From NCBI GenBank assembly GCA_043228905.1, contig JBHGNT010000014.1:15128001-15192000 (forward strand): 64,000 nucleotides of DNA, given 5' to 3'. This document shows positions 1 through 12,365 of this stretch, piece after piece (positions within the stretch are counted from its first letter, which is position 1; each line of letters opens with the position of its first letter). The notes under the pieces were generated by a model. It was not told the origin of the DNA. It saw only the letters and a list, made by a program, of their open reading frames with translations, and made no database searches. This DNA is from Azolla caroliniana. Its lineage: Eukaryota > Plantae > Polypodiophyta. The position numbers and the translations under genes were made by a program.

Positions 1-992
1 ACCTTGCTAAGAATGTAGCCTACCATTCTCGGACGAAGCATATCCAGCGAAGATATCACTGGATCCGGGAAAGAGTAGATGACCAGGAGTTCGCACTGAC
101 GAAGATCCACATGGCCGAGAACGGGTCAGATATGCTGACCAAAGTGCTGACACCCGACAAGCTGGACGCATGCCGGAAGCGGATCAGACTGGTAAGACAC
201 CCCATGCCGGAGTGAAGTGGGAGTTTGTTGGGAAACAGGTCCCTCCGGATGGGAAGGAAGAAGAACAGTGCTGACGAACGGTATGAGGAGTACCCGGCTA
301 CGGAGAGCTGGATGATACAGGCCCGGTGTGAACCGGATGAGTAGTACCCGGCTACGGAGAGCCGGATGATACAGGCCCGGTGTGAACCGGATGAGTAGTA
401 CCCGGCCACGGAGAGCCGGATGATACAGGCCCGGTGTGAACCGGATGATATAGGCCCGGTGTGAACCGGATGAGTAGTACCCGGTTATGGAGAGCCGGAT
501 GATACAGGCCCGGTGTGAACCGGATGAGGAGACATATTTGTAAATATGTTTCTGAGAGCCCATCGAGGCTATATTTGTAAATAGCCGAAAAGTCATATTA
601 GTATAAATATGACTTAGGGCAAACTTTTAGCTGTTGTTGTCAATTTCGGTCTTGCACGAAATCAGAGTGTGTAACTGTACAGAGAGAGAGAGAGAGAGTG
701 AGAACGAGGTCGTTGCCTCTGTTGTAACCGCCGCCTATGGCGAAGATAGTGGGCACGAGGTCGTTGCCTCCGTGGACTCACTGTTTTGTACATTCTTACA
801 TAGTGACAGTTTGCAGCCTGTGGACTGCCGTGGTTTTTTCCCCTAGTTTGGGGTTTTTTCACGTAAACCTCCTGTGTAGTGTGTGTATATCTTCCTCTCC
901 TTTGTGTCGCGTTTTATTTCCCGTTTTCTGTGTATCATTCCACGCTCGGTTGTGGCCGAGCGTCGCGCATAAGGAACGTTAAGTTTCCGACA
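1..992 (+). mobile_element. 3' end of Ty1/copia element (Tnt1/Tork-like family 'T'): RNase H C-terminus, PPT and 3' LTR
   Basis: 1-215 reads ...KHIQRRYHWIRERVDDQEFALTKIH...DMLTK...PMPE* (stop 213-215); purine tract; LTR TGTTGGG(226)...CCGACA(992). Same family as 32130-37558. Interrupts the gypsy integrase that resumes at 993. Confidence 0.93.
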
Positions 993-1631
993 CCTATCGT
1001 CAAAGCCATCGTACGAGCATGCAACGATCGAGTCGAGAATTGGCCATGAGTATTGCCCTATGCCTTGTGGGCTAACAGAACGACACATAGCTCGGTGATA
1101 GGGTATATGCCAACGGAGCTTATGTATTGACAAAAGCCGGTAATGCCCATTGAAAAGACGATCGCGTCATGGGTAGCGATACCATGGGAGAACGAGATGA
1201 GCCCAAAAGAGTTATTAGCAGCATGGATAAGGCAACTTGAAAGAAGACCCGAAGATCTAGAAAAAGCGCAAAAGATGATGGAGGTAGCCCGAGTGAAGAA
1301 CAAAATTCGGTTCGACAAGACGCATCGACTGCGTCCGAAGAAGATCGAAGAAGGAGATTGGGTATTTGTCTACGAAAACAGCCTTGACAATCAACACAGT
1401 ACAACAAGAAAGTTTGCAAGAAGATGGTTCGAACCGTATGTGGTGACAAGTGCCAACGATAATGCCACATACCACCTTGCGGAGCTAGACGGATCAAAGT
1501 TGGACGTACCCATTGCAGGGAAAAGAGTAAAGATTTTTAAGAAAAGACAAGACGAGGATCTCGACCTCGATCACCTCAACGATAAAGATAATAGGGCGGA
1601 TGTGAATGAAGACATGGAGGAATCTGATTGA
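993..1631 (+). pseudogene. Ty3/gypsy integrase C-terminal half (tRNA-Trp-primed lineage)
   Basis: PIVKAIVRAC...YALWANRTT...RIRQLERRPED...PKKIEEGDWV...FARRWFEPY...VPIAGKRVKIFKKR; collinear with the integrase at 28113-28753. Confidence 0.92.
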
Positions 1632-1703
1632 TCATTGTAGCCGAAATCTCAAACTCTCTCTTCTTGGCACGTACCGGAGGACGCGTGGTTTGGTGGGGGT
1701 GGA

Positions 1704-2891
1704 TGTCGTGAAGATTTTCGGCAATAGTGTGAAACTTATGAGGAATATACAAAATCGAGTATGAGTCATATAAAATAATAATAGTGAAAATACTATTTTA
1801 AATAAGTTTAATATCTTAGTACAAAAAGATGGAGGCCTTCAAGAGCTTTCGAATGCACTTTACTACATAAGAAATGGACATCTAAGTCTCAAGTTATGTG
1901 GGTAGAAAGTTTGCAAAGGAAAAGAGAAAGATAAAACTGTTAGACATCCCACATAGATAGGACAAATAAGGATCTCACCATATATAAGGCAGAGAAAAAG
2001 CTATTATCTTTGTGTTTAGGCGTGGAGCATAGAGAGTTCAAGGTGACTTGAACTAAGCTAATTGCATGAGTGGGTGTGGCCTAGCTACTTGTAAAGGTTT
2101 TGGCCAACCAAAATGGGCGGCAATTGACGACAGAGCAGGTGAGCCGGTGACATCGGATCCGGTGATGGAACTGGTGACCGACATCTAGCGACCTCGGGAT
2201 GTGGACCAAACTGGCTCGGGATGCAGACCGAACCGAGCCAAACCGAACGGATGCAAATCGGTCGGGTCGGTTGATCGTGGTGCATGGTGTTTTAAAGATA
2301 TTTGGTCCAAAAGCCTAATAGTATTTTGTGCTTTAAAAAGTATGTAAACCAGACTTGAACCTTGCACCTCCAAGATAGGAGGCAATAGACTTACCACTAG
2401 GCTATGTCATTTCGTTAGAAATGTTTTTCTTATCATTATAGTTTTCATGTAAATTCTCATATTAGAGCTTGATAGAGTGACATGTGATGCATGAGCGCCA
2501 AATGGCAAACATGCATCACATGCATTGTATGCATGTCTTGTACCCTCACATGCATCACATGCATGGGAGCATCTATAAAGGGATGGATGAAAAAGATCAA
2601 ACAGGATGCTATGTATTATTCAAGAATTTAAGAAGAAGAAAATTTGTTCTCCAATTGATGGTGTATCTTGTTTCTTAAATCTAAAGTCAAGGGTCTAATC
2701 TTAATCTCTCTCTATCTCTCTCACGCCATATCAATCTCTCTTGACCCAAAGTCAAGCGTTTAAATCTCTCTCTCTTTTAATCTATCTTAAATCCTTTCTC
2801 GCTAAAGTTAGTGCAAATTTTGAATCCTTCCGGTCTAGAACCCCAGTGGTTCCGCCTCATGATCTGCGCCTAGTGACGGATCTTCATGACA
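1704..2891 (+). repeat. 3' LTR (~1.19 kb) of the gypsy element whose 5' part lies left of the window
   Basis: Follows PPT GGTGGGGGTGGA; termini TGTCGTGAAGA...TCTTCATGACA (11-bp inverted repeat, 1 mismatch); TATA at ~2575; followed by CCGG and a copia integrase. Confidence 0.85.
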
Positions 2892-3739
2892 CCGGTATGT
2901 GACTTCATGTCCACGAAGCATACATCAGTATGCACGAGTTCAAGCAGTGCCGTCCATTTCATTTGTGGTCTCATCTAGAAAGAGGTTCTGTTCGGCTTGC
3001 TGGCCAAGCAATCTGTGCATTGGTTAAGTTTCATGTTCCTTACCTCCGGAATGAGGTTGTCATCGACAAGTCTTCTCATACCTTTCTCGTTCATGTGGCA
3101 TAAATCACTAGCATTGTCGGATGCTAAGTTTGCTTCCCCCCGGAATATCCGGGCATACATTGTCACAAACACACCAAGCCCAGACTCGGATAGAGAACGG
3201 ATTATGGGGCTACGAACTAGACGTGACGAGGCTAGAAACTCAAGAAGTGGGGAAGCGATGATCCAAGGAACTTAAGACACTAGAAACGGCACAAGAGAAT
3301 GAAGAAAAAGATGAAGATCAAGGAGACAAGATGGGGCGAAACGAGAATACTATATTGATGTGTCAATGATTGGTGTTGAATCCCTTGAAAGGGACCAAGG
3401 AGGTTACAAGTATTTATATTGTGAGTCGAAGTACATGCATTTGAATATTCCAGAAAATATTCTAGAACCCTCTAGAACCTTCTAGTTCTAGAACTTTCTA
3501 AAAAGTCCTAGAACTTGAAATACATATCTACTAATAATCTACTAAGATATACATAACATGACCATATATTTAGATGTGTTGGTTAGAACACAACACTTGA
3601 CTATATATAAGAGGTCAAGAGTTACAATCTTGACATGATTGTTGTCATGTCTGTGACATTATCCTCCCCTTTACATCCGCCTTTTCGAAAGCATGGTGTA
3701 GGGGTGAGTTGAAAGAGAAAACCAAAGTACGTGGAGGAG

Positions 3740-4550
3740 TGAGTGAACATGAGCAGTCCTCACCAGAAATAGGAGCACGGGTGAACGCAAGCGATCATGT
3801 GTGGTCCTCACCGGCGACTGGAACACCAAGGGGGTGAGCGACCATGTATGGTCCTCACCGGATACTAGAACACCAACGTGAGCGTGAGCAACCACATTTG
3901 GTCCTCACCGGAGACTGGAACACCAACATGAGTGTGAGCGATCATGTACGGTCCTCACCGGGAACTAGAACACCAACGAGCATGAGCGACCATGTGCAGT
4001 CCTCACAGGAGACTGGAACACCAACATGAGTGAGAGACCATGTGTGGTCCTCACCGAAGACAGGAACACCAACGGACGTGAGCGACCATGTGCGGTCCTC
4101 CCCAAAGACAGGAACACCAACAGACGTGAGCGACCATGTGCGGTCCTCACTGGGAACTAGAACACCAATGGGCGTGCGCGACCATGTACAGTCCTCACTG
4201 GAGACACAAACACCAAAGGGTGTGAGAGACCATGTACGGTCCTCACCGGAGACATGAACACCAACGGAAATGAGCGACCATGTGTGGTCCTCACCGGGAA
4301 CTAGAACACCAACGAGCGTGAGCGACCATGTGCGGTCCTCACTGGAGACGCAAACACCAACGGACGTGAGCAACCATTTGCGGTCCTCACCGGGAACTGG
4401 AACACCAACAGGCGTGAGAGACCATGTACGGTCCTGACCGGAGATGCGAACACCAACGGGCGTGAGTGACCATGTGCAGTCCTCACCGGAGACACAAACA
4501 CCAATGGATGTGAGCGACCTTGGACGGTCCTCACCGGGAACTGGAACACT
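3740..4550. repeat. 48-bp tandem minisatellite, ~17 copies
   Basis: Unit ~AGCGACCATGTGCGGTCCTCACCGGAGACTGGAACACCAACGGACGTG (copies start at 4081 and 4129); gives 16-aa repeats VGVPVxGEDRTWSLTx in minus ORF 3942-4559. Confidence 0.95.
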
Positions 4551-4899
4551 TGAAGACAATGATGGCTAGGCAAAGTAGTGTTGATGACGACAACAAGAGG
4601 GTTGAAGATGATGACGTCGAAGATGAAGCAATAAAGGCAATGATGTTGGCGAAGCGACTTTGGAAGCAACGACTTTGACTATGGAAATGATGGAAGCGGA
4701 GAAAGAGATAAAGACGATAAGAAACATAGAGATCGAGATGTTGAGGTTCTGAAGAAACACAAAGACACATATACAAAGGATGATAAAAAACACAAAGACA
4801 AGGATGAAGGTGATAGGAAATGTAGAGAATGTGACGAAGATAATAAGAAACACATAGATAGAGATGAAAATGGTAGGAAACACAAGGAGAAGGATGACA

Positions 4900-5190
4900 A
4901 TGACAAAAAATGCAAAGATAGGGATGTGGAAGATGATAAGAATTGTAGAGATAGAGATGATGATGAGAAGAAACTAGGAGATAGAGATGTGAAGGATGAG
5001 AAAAAACTAGGAGATAGAGATGATGATGAGAAGAAACTAGGAGATAGGGATGTGGAAGATGATAAAAAGTGCAGAGATAGAGATGATGATAAGAAGAAAC
5101 TAGGAGATAGAGATGGGAAGAAACTAGGAGAGAAAAGACAAAGACGACGATGAAAAGAAACTAAGAGATAGAGATGGCAAGGAAGATAGA
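4900..5190. repeat. 30/33-bp purine-rich tandem repeat
   Basis: GATAGAGATGATGATGAGAAGAAACTAGGA alternating with a 33-bp variant. Confidence 0.85.
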
Positions 5191-6074
5191 AAATGAAGGG
5201 ATGTTAATGATGGTAACTTTAGAACCAATGACGGTGATGATGGTAACTCTAGAAGCAAGGGCGATGACGGAGACGGGTAATGCTTCTAGTTGACGGGATT
5301 CAAACTATCACAGACACACCAACCCTAGACTACGACGAAGCACAGTTGACGAGGCTACGACCGATAAGGTTACGAACGTGGAATTCAGCATGATGAGGAT
5401 AGAAACTCGGGAAGTTGGGAGCGATGGGATGAAGAACTTAAGATGATAGGAACAATACAAGAGCATAAACATAGAGATGTAAATCAAGGAGAGATGATGG
5501 GGCTAAACAAGAATACTAGATTGAAGTGTCAATGACTGGTGTTGAATCCCTTGAAAGGGACCAAGGAGGTTACAAGTATTTATATTGTGAGTCGAAGTAC
5601 ATGCATTAGAATATTCGGGAGAATATTTTAGAACCTTCTAGTTCTAGAACTTTCTAAAAACTCCTAGAACTTGAAATACATGATCTACTAATAATCTAGT
5701 AAGATATACATAACATGACCATATATTTAGACTTGTTGGTTAGAACACAACACTTGACTATATATAAGAGGTCAAGAGTTCAAATCTTGACATGATTGTT
5801 GCCATGTCTGTGACATACATCAGGTACAATGTGTTGATCTTCCGAGCTTGGGCCACGATCAGGCTTCCTCTGCAAAATCTTGATTGTGCTATTCCTGATG
5901 CTACTGGTGTAGCCTTCATCATCCAGCCAACCGACTGATACTTGGTTCAGTCGAACCTCCAGAAGATGGCACACTTCTTTCAATAGTAGTTTGCATCTGG
6001 TTATGTAGTCAATCACACATCTCCTATGCCGACAATTCGGCATGCTCATTCATTCCCCATCCTTACACAACTGT

Positions 6075-6093
6075 TGTCATGACTCGTGAGTAG

Positions 6094-6136
<43 letters not shown>

Positions 6137-7186
6137 GACTTGAAATAGAAATGAGATTATATTATGAGGAAACAAGATTACAAAGAGTAGGCTAAGGGCT
6201 AAACACTGGTGTTGAATAAAATGAGTTGTGATGAATGAATGGACACTTATTTATAGATCCTTATGGAGTATTCTAGAATGTTCTAGAGAATATTTTAGAT
6301 ATTTATGATAATAAATATAATAATAAAATATTCAAGGATGTTCTAGAATAATCTAGAATGTTCTAGAATATTCTAAATATCTCATAATAACTAAAATTAT
6401 AATTATTATAATTACACATCATATATGTTTTTTTTTTTTTTATTTACCATAAAACATATGCTCCATTGGTATTAATAAAAAGCCCGGAGGCAGTATACAA
6501 ATAGTACATAATATTGTTTCATCTCCACCAGTATACCTGAACTGATTCTAGCATTTGTAAAAACTGTTGGGAAAAAAAACAGCCATAAAACACAACATTG
6601 ATTCCAGTGATCTACTGCAGAAAACAAAATTTCGGGCTCTTAGAACATAACTCCATAGAAAACTTATATTTCACATGATATTCCATGTCCTCTGTCTTTC
6701 CAATCATATGTGTCAGGTGTGGAGCTGTAAGAAGATTCACCATCCCAATAGAAACAGTTGCAAACAGATCTGAAGTGATTCCAACATTTGTAAAAACTGT
6801 TGGGGAGAAAAAAACAGACCATGAAAATGAAATGTACTATACTAATCTCCACCTCTCACCCCATTTGCTTCGATCCCCACAACTTATTCACTCTCCCTTC
6901 ATGATGTGCTTCGGCCCCCTCACCATCATCACTCCTAAAAAAAACCAAATTGCTTCATTCAATCCACCTCCACCATCTTGCCGAATGCCACCAATGTCCT
7001 GTGGAATTAACAACAAAATAAGTAAAGAATTCCTCATCCCCTCATGAGCTGCTTCGATCCCCCCCACCATCATCACTCCTAAAACAGACACTACACATCA
7101 TATATGTTATTACAATGGGTAAGGGTTCAACACATAGACCAAGAAGTTGTGGGTTCGATTCTTGGTTAATGTATGTCTTCATGACT
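6075..7186 (-). mobile_element. Solo LTR (~430 bp net) inserted in the copia protease region, itself interrupted by a retrosequence
   Basis: TGTCATGA...TCTTCATGAC termini; the copia frame (AGDH/SCVRMG) resumes on both sides; (AG)n tract, TTCTAGAA repeats, TATA on minus near 6250; TSD degenerate. Confidence 0.72.
6428..7091 (-). mobile_element. Poly(A)-tailed retroposed sequence (SINE-like/processed RNA) containing sugar-porter gene fragments
   Basis: T14 at 6428-6441 (poly-A on minus); 15-bp TSD TACACATCATATATG at 6413-6427 and 7092-7106; minus-strand peptides FLQ*ITGINVVFY and FFSPTVFTNVGITSDLFATVSIGMVNLL. Confidence 0.85.
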
Positions 7187-7320
7187 GTCGTGATCTCCGG
7201 CTCTGTAGCATGAGAAGCACTTTCGGTCGGGGGTCAGATGGAACGATGCTCCGGAGTCGACCACCCACGTCGTTTCGTTGCTGACAAGGTGCATCTCACT
7301 CTCCTCGGTGATTAGCATGA

Positions 7321-7838
7321 GTTCCTCTTCACTTGTCGCGATTGCTGACGTTCCTCTCCTTTCCGAAGTCTTCTTCTTGGTTCCCCCTTTGGCTTTCCGA
7401 AATTTTCGGCAATTCTTTTGGAAGTGCCTTGGCATTCCGCAATAAAAGCAGGTAGGCCTCCCCCTTGACTTCGACCTCGTACCCTACTTCTCTCGGTTCT
7501 AGGGACTTCGATTCCAACCTCTTCCCCGGTTATTGTCGTCTTCTGTGACCAATGCCTTTGGATTGGTTCCAGACTCCTGGTTCCTCTTCACTTGTCGCGA
7601 TTGCTGACGTTCCTCTCCTTTCCGAAGTCTTCTTCTTGGTTCCCCCTTTGGCTTTCCGAAATTTTCGGCAATTCTTTTGGAAGTGCCTTGGCATTCCGCA
7701 ATAAAAGCAGGTAGGCCTCCCCCTTGACTTCGACCTCGTACCCTACTTCTCTCGGTTCTAGGGACTTCGATTCCAACCTCTTCCCCGGTTATTGTCGTCT
7801 TCTGTGACCAATGCCTTTGGATTGGTTCCAGACTCCTG
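7321..7838. repeat. 259-bp direct tandem duplication within copia gag (zinc-knuckle region)
   Basis: 7321-7579 repeated at 7580-7838; identical 62-aa ORFs at 7329-7517 and 7588-7776. Confidence 0.93.
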
Positions 7839-9373
7839 GTCCTTTCCAACGAGCTTCTTCATTCAGCAGGCTCGACTTTACTCTCACCATGGATAAGTGT
7901 TTCCCTTCCGGTCCGGCGTTGCCAAGTATGACGACCAATGTCTCCCAACTATCTGGAAGGGATCTGAGCAGTAACAATGCAAGTATCTTGTTGGCTAGAG
8001 GTACTTCCAACGAGGTAGTTTGATTTATCAATCCCTAGAAAGCATTCATATGCTCCGCCATGCTGGAGCCGTCTTGATATTTGAGCCTCACTATTTTCCG
8101 AAATACCGAGACTCGATTTACGACATTCTTGTTCTCCAACATTGTTCTAATCTTCTCCCAGAGCTTATTGGCTTTGTTCTCTTCATTAAAGTTATTGTAT
8201 AGGCTCATGTAGATGAAGCATCTTATGTATGATGTTGTCTTCATATGCATCACTTACCAGGTCGCGTCATCGATCTTGTCCAGTCTTTTTTCTCCAAATT
8301 GTACTGATAGCCATAGATATTTGACCATTAGCATGTCTCTCATCTTCAACTTCCACACTAGATAGTTGGAGCCGGTGAGCTTGAATATGCCACTGAATGA
8401 CTCTTCCATTCTCTTTCTTTGTTTGAAGCTTAGATCACAAGCTTTGATACCAGTTTGTAAGGAAAACGTTCACAGCCACAACTGATCTCCTAACTCACAA
8501 TGGAAGGAAAAACAAAAATAAGAGGACACAACATGTTAACGTTGAAAACCCTAATCGGGAATAACCTCGAGAGTCCACAAACTCCGAACTATACCACTAG
8601 AAAGAGGAAGGGTACAATGAGAGGCTCAGAGGCAACGACCTCGAGCTCTACCTCGCCAACCAACGGTTACAACATATACAAATTCTATATCTCTGTCACT
8701 CACTCACTCTCTGTCTCTGTCTCTCTATCTATACAACAAAAATACAAATGATCACAACTATACTTCTTCTACATATTACTATTGCCCTAGTTATATTTAT
8801 ACTTACATAATGTTGGGGATATTTACAACTATGACCTCAATAGTCACATTGGAATGTATTTACTAATATGTCCTTGCTTCTTGTTCACACCGAATCTTTC
8901 TGGATACATCCGGTTGGGTTCTTTCCTCTGAGTCGTCCGATTCAACTTGTTTGGTTCTCATAAGGATCCCATCCGGAGGGACCGGTTTCCCAATAGTATT
9001 GACCTCATACGCATACGCATACGTAACATATGTATGTGAGCATAATACGCAATTGAGGTATTGACCTCGTACACATACAACACAAATCACATATCAATTA
9101 TATGTCAATTTAGGTATTGTCCTCATACACATATGTAAATGTTTTATACCACCAATTATTACCATTATAACATAATTGAATCAATGGAAAAAATTACATA
9201 TTGACTATACATGATTAGATTGGGAGAAGAAAGAATAGAAAAAAAAATCAAGAAAGAGTTACGGAATTTCCTTTGTTGATAGTTATCTAGATAAAGCTCA
9301 ATTGCACATCGATCGATCACCATCCATCATGAAGAAAAGAAAAACAATCAACAAAAGAAACATTAGAATGAAA

Positions 9374-9844
9374 GCTTGGATACCAATTGTTAGCGTTTAG
9401 GGTTTAGGATTAATCGATGTAAGCATATCATAAGGATTAATCAATGAATAGATAAGAGAGGAGAGAGAAAGAAGGGTGTAGATCCACTTGACCACCCCTG
9501 ATTGAAGGGATCGAGACAATCTTGAGCCTCGATTAGCGTCTTATACCACCGCCGTGGCGTCGAGTCATACCTGGTGCTGGCGTGCTTGCTACAAGAGTTG
9601 ACCTACCACAGTGACGGAGTCTCGACGTAGTAGATAATGTATCAATGAGGGTAGCGAGGCCTCATATCTATAGCCAGACCTAAAGCCCCCAAGCAAGTTC
9701 ACACTTGGCCTAATGGGTTGCCCCAATCACAAGGATTAAAAGTAATCCTTTCCTTCTTTACACCCCTATTTAACCTTCACACTTTATCCACATTTATAGA
9801 ATACTATGGTAAATCTGACCACAAATATTGTCATGCCTGTAACA
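9374..9844 (-). mobile_element. 5' LTR (9388-9844) and PBS of another LTR element, truncated by the copia element ending at 8995
   Basis: TGTTA...TAACA termini; adjacent TGGTATCCAAGC on minus (tRNA-iMet-like PBS); interrupts the copia RNase H end at 9845. Confidence 0.7.
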
Positions 9845-11165
9845 TGCTGCAACCCAAGCATAGTCGAAAAATGCCACAATTTTTCTAGGCCAAGAGGTTT
9901 GGTGAAGATATTGGCAACCTGTTGATCAGTCAGAACAAAATGATAGTGCACCTCAATGTGTTTGGTCCGAGCATGGAAGACGGGGTTCTTTGCAAGTTGA
10001 ATGTTGTCGAGGTTTTCGCAGTAGATCGTTGTCAGATCAGACATGGCCACATGCAGATCCTTTAGTAGCCTTTTGAGCCAGATGGCTTCGCACGTCGCGA
10101 CAGCCGCTCCTCGATTCTCGGCCTTTGTGCTCGACAATGCTATTGTTGGTTGTTGCTTTTTGCTACCCTAGGTGATCGTGGCGCTTCCTAATGAAAACAC
10201 GAAGCCCGATGTAGACCTGCGATCGCCGACGTTTCCTGCCCAATTGGCATCCGTGTAGCTAACTAATTGTTCAACAGTACCGGTCCGATACAACAATCCC
10301 TTGTCCTTAATGCCGCTAACATACATGAGTATTTGCTACACGCACTAAAGGTGCTCCACGGTCGGATGCGCCATGAATTGACTAATCAAGTCGATCGGAT
10401 ATGTGAGGTCTGGCCGGGTGATGGTCAAGTATATAAGGCTTCCGACTATCTGTCAGAACATTTTCAGGCTACATGTTGTTCTAGAGTTGGGGCGAAGCTT
10501 CACATTCCTATCTAGCGGAGTTGAAACGGATTTGCACTCCGTCATATTGAACTTGAAGGGCATACTCAACACGTAATGACATGAGCTGATCAGTATGTCT
10601 GATTCTCCTCCATTTGTAGGTGTCTGATTTTGTAGGTAGACGGCTGTCCGGACTACTTCGGTCCATTAAAACTTTGGCATATGCTTCTCCTCGAGCATTG
10701 CCCGTGTGGCCTCCTCTATAGTCCGATTCTTCCGTTCGACCACACTGTTCTACTCTGGTGTGTATCTGCAAGAGAATTCTCGCTGAATTCCTTACTTCGG
10801 GTGATAACTCGAAAATTGGTTGGAAAAGTACTCTCTTCTGCCATCAGACCGCAGCCACTTGATTTTTTGCCGGTTTCCCATTCGGCAAGGCTCTTCACCT
10901 TCAGGAAGCAGGCAAGAACTTCATTTTTCTTAGCGATCAAACATGCCCAAGTGTGTCGAGTGTAGTCATCGATGAAGCTTACAAAGTAACAACTTCCTCT
11001 GATGCTCATGTTGGGGAATGGAAGTCGGTGACTAACTGGCAGGCTTTGCACACCTGGCCCTTCTAGCCACTGAATTTCGGTAAGCCGAAAACGATGTTTT
11101 TCGTCTGCATTTCCCGAAGCCGCGAGAAGTTGACATGGCCGAACCACTTGTGTCGTAGGTCGATG
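9845..11165 (-). pseudogene. Decayed Ty1/copia pol (integrase joined by an internal deletion to RT end/RNase H)
   Basis: YFVSFIDDYTRHTW, PEQNSVVERKNR-like, ATCEAIWLKRLL, NPVFHARTKHIEVHYHF; many stops and frameshifts; related to 18038-31307. Confidence 0.88.
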
Positions 11166-12365
11166 TGTCACGGACATGCCAACGGTCATGTCAAGATTCG
11201 AACTCGTGACCTCTTGTGTTATAATTGAGTGTTATGGGTTAACCAACATGTTCAATATATATTCATATGCATAATTGTTCCTTGTAGTTGCTAGCATCAT
11301 GAGCATAATTGCTCCATCGTATTATTCACACTTGGTACATGCATGTGCACATACATGCTCGAGTTTATCACATGCACGCAATAGGCATGCATGCCTTCCA
11401 CTTAGTATAAATATTTTAGTTCAGCTTGAATGAATTCAAGGTAAACAACTAGTTAATGATATTTTCCCTTAGCTTGTTAATTGTGTCTTGCTTGTCAATC
11501 GTGTCTTTGTAGCAGTGTCGTGATGTGGCATGCTCGAGAGTGGGAAAAACCGGCGAAAGGGGGGTCAAAATGTGCATGTGGAATGTGTGTGCACACAAAG
11601 GCAATTAATTGTGCACATGCAAAAGAAAAGGGAAAAGAAAGGGTGGAAAGGATGTAGAGAGGAGAGATAAAAAGTAGAGGGGAGACAGGGTATGAATTTA
11701 TAGAGATAGAATTATTTATTATATAAGAGAGAGTTAATGGGCTAGTGGATAGTCACATTGACTTTTAGCTAGAGGTTCACGGTTCAAATCTAGTCTTACA
11801 ATGCAATGTGATTTAAGGAATTTTATTCCTTTTTGCATTGAAGACAAAATTGGAGACCCCCTTTCTTTTTTCCTATAAAAGGAGGTCAAGGGGGGCTCAT
11901 TTGGGAGGGCGTTTTGGGAGGGAGGAGACTATCGCCATTTTTCCTTCGAAGCTCTTTATCTTCTTCTTCACCACTTCTCTTCATCTCATACCCCTTCATC
12001 CCCTCATCGCCACGTGCTCGTCTTCTTCGCGTCGGCACTCGAACTGCTTGTGAGCCCAAGCTTCATTGGTTCGACGTTGCTTCATCTCGTTCGTCGTTGC
12101 GAGCCCCTGTGCTCGCCGTTCGGGTGGTCGTGGTTCGTTGGGGTTGGCATTTTGGTGGTACTCGTGTGTTCATCTTCGTCGTGTTCGGATTTGCTCTTGT
12201 CTTTAAGGGCATTTAGTATTTATGTTTTGATTGAGCTTGTGGTTAACTAGAAGTTGCCATTGTAATCAAACCCTATTTTATAAAGGGTCCTCTTGCATTG
12301 GAATCGAACACGTATTTATTTCTTTGGCCGATATCATTCATGTTTCTTTCTTTCTTTCTTTGTTC

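Larger units (their letters stand above)
3161..5815 (-). mobile_element. Non-autonomous LTR retrotransposon (TRIM/LARD-like, 2.65 kb) with tandem-repeat interior
   Basis: LTRs 3161-3658 and 5306-5815; perfect 5-bp TSD TACAT (3156-3160, 5816-5820); PPT AGGGGAGGATAA on minus (3659-3670); no gag/pol similarity inside. Confidence 0.92.
2892..8995 (-). mobile_element. Degenerate Ty1/copia element (5' LTR, PBS, gag, protease, start of integrase) carrying nested insertions
   Basis: 5' LTR 8456-8995; PBS TGGTATCAAAGC (8441-8452, tRNA-iMet); gag starts MEESFSGIFKLTGSNY (~8409); protease WVVDSGASFHLT (~7230-7270); GAG-pre-integrase and ELVHTDVC (2892-3160, 5821-6074). Interrupted at 3161, at 6075 and by the gypsy ending at 2891. 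Confidence 0.9.

Noticed and set aside
3740-4550. CRISPR-like array
   Set aside because: Units are contiguous degenerate 48-mers with no unique spacers, there are no cas genes, and the context is a eukaryotic TE. The same applies to the 54-bp and 105-bp arrays.
6070-7191. Counting this solo LTR as another CpG-targeted 4-bp TSD
   Set aside because: The right terminus and flanks are mutated, and 4-bp and 5-bp readings are both possible.
8996-9373. Separate element or gene in the AT-rich stretch with GTATTGACCTC repeats
   Set aside because: Best explained as the non-coding leader of the LTR element at 9388; no ORF or termini.
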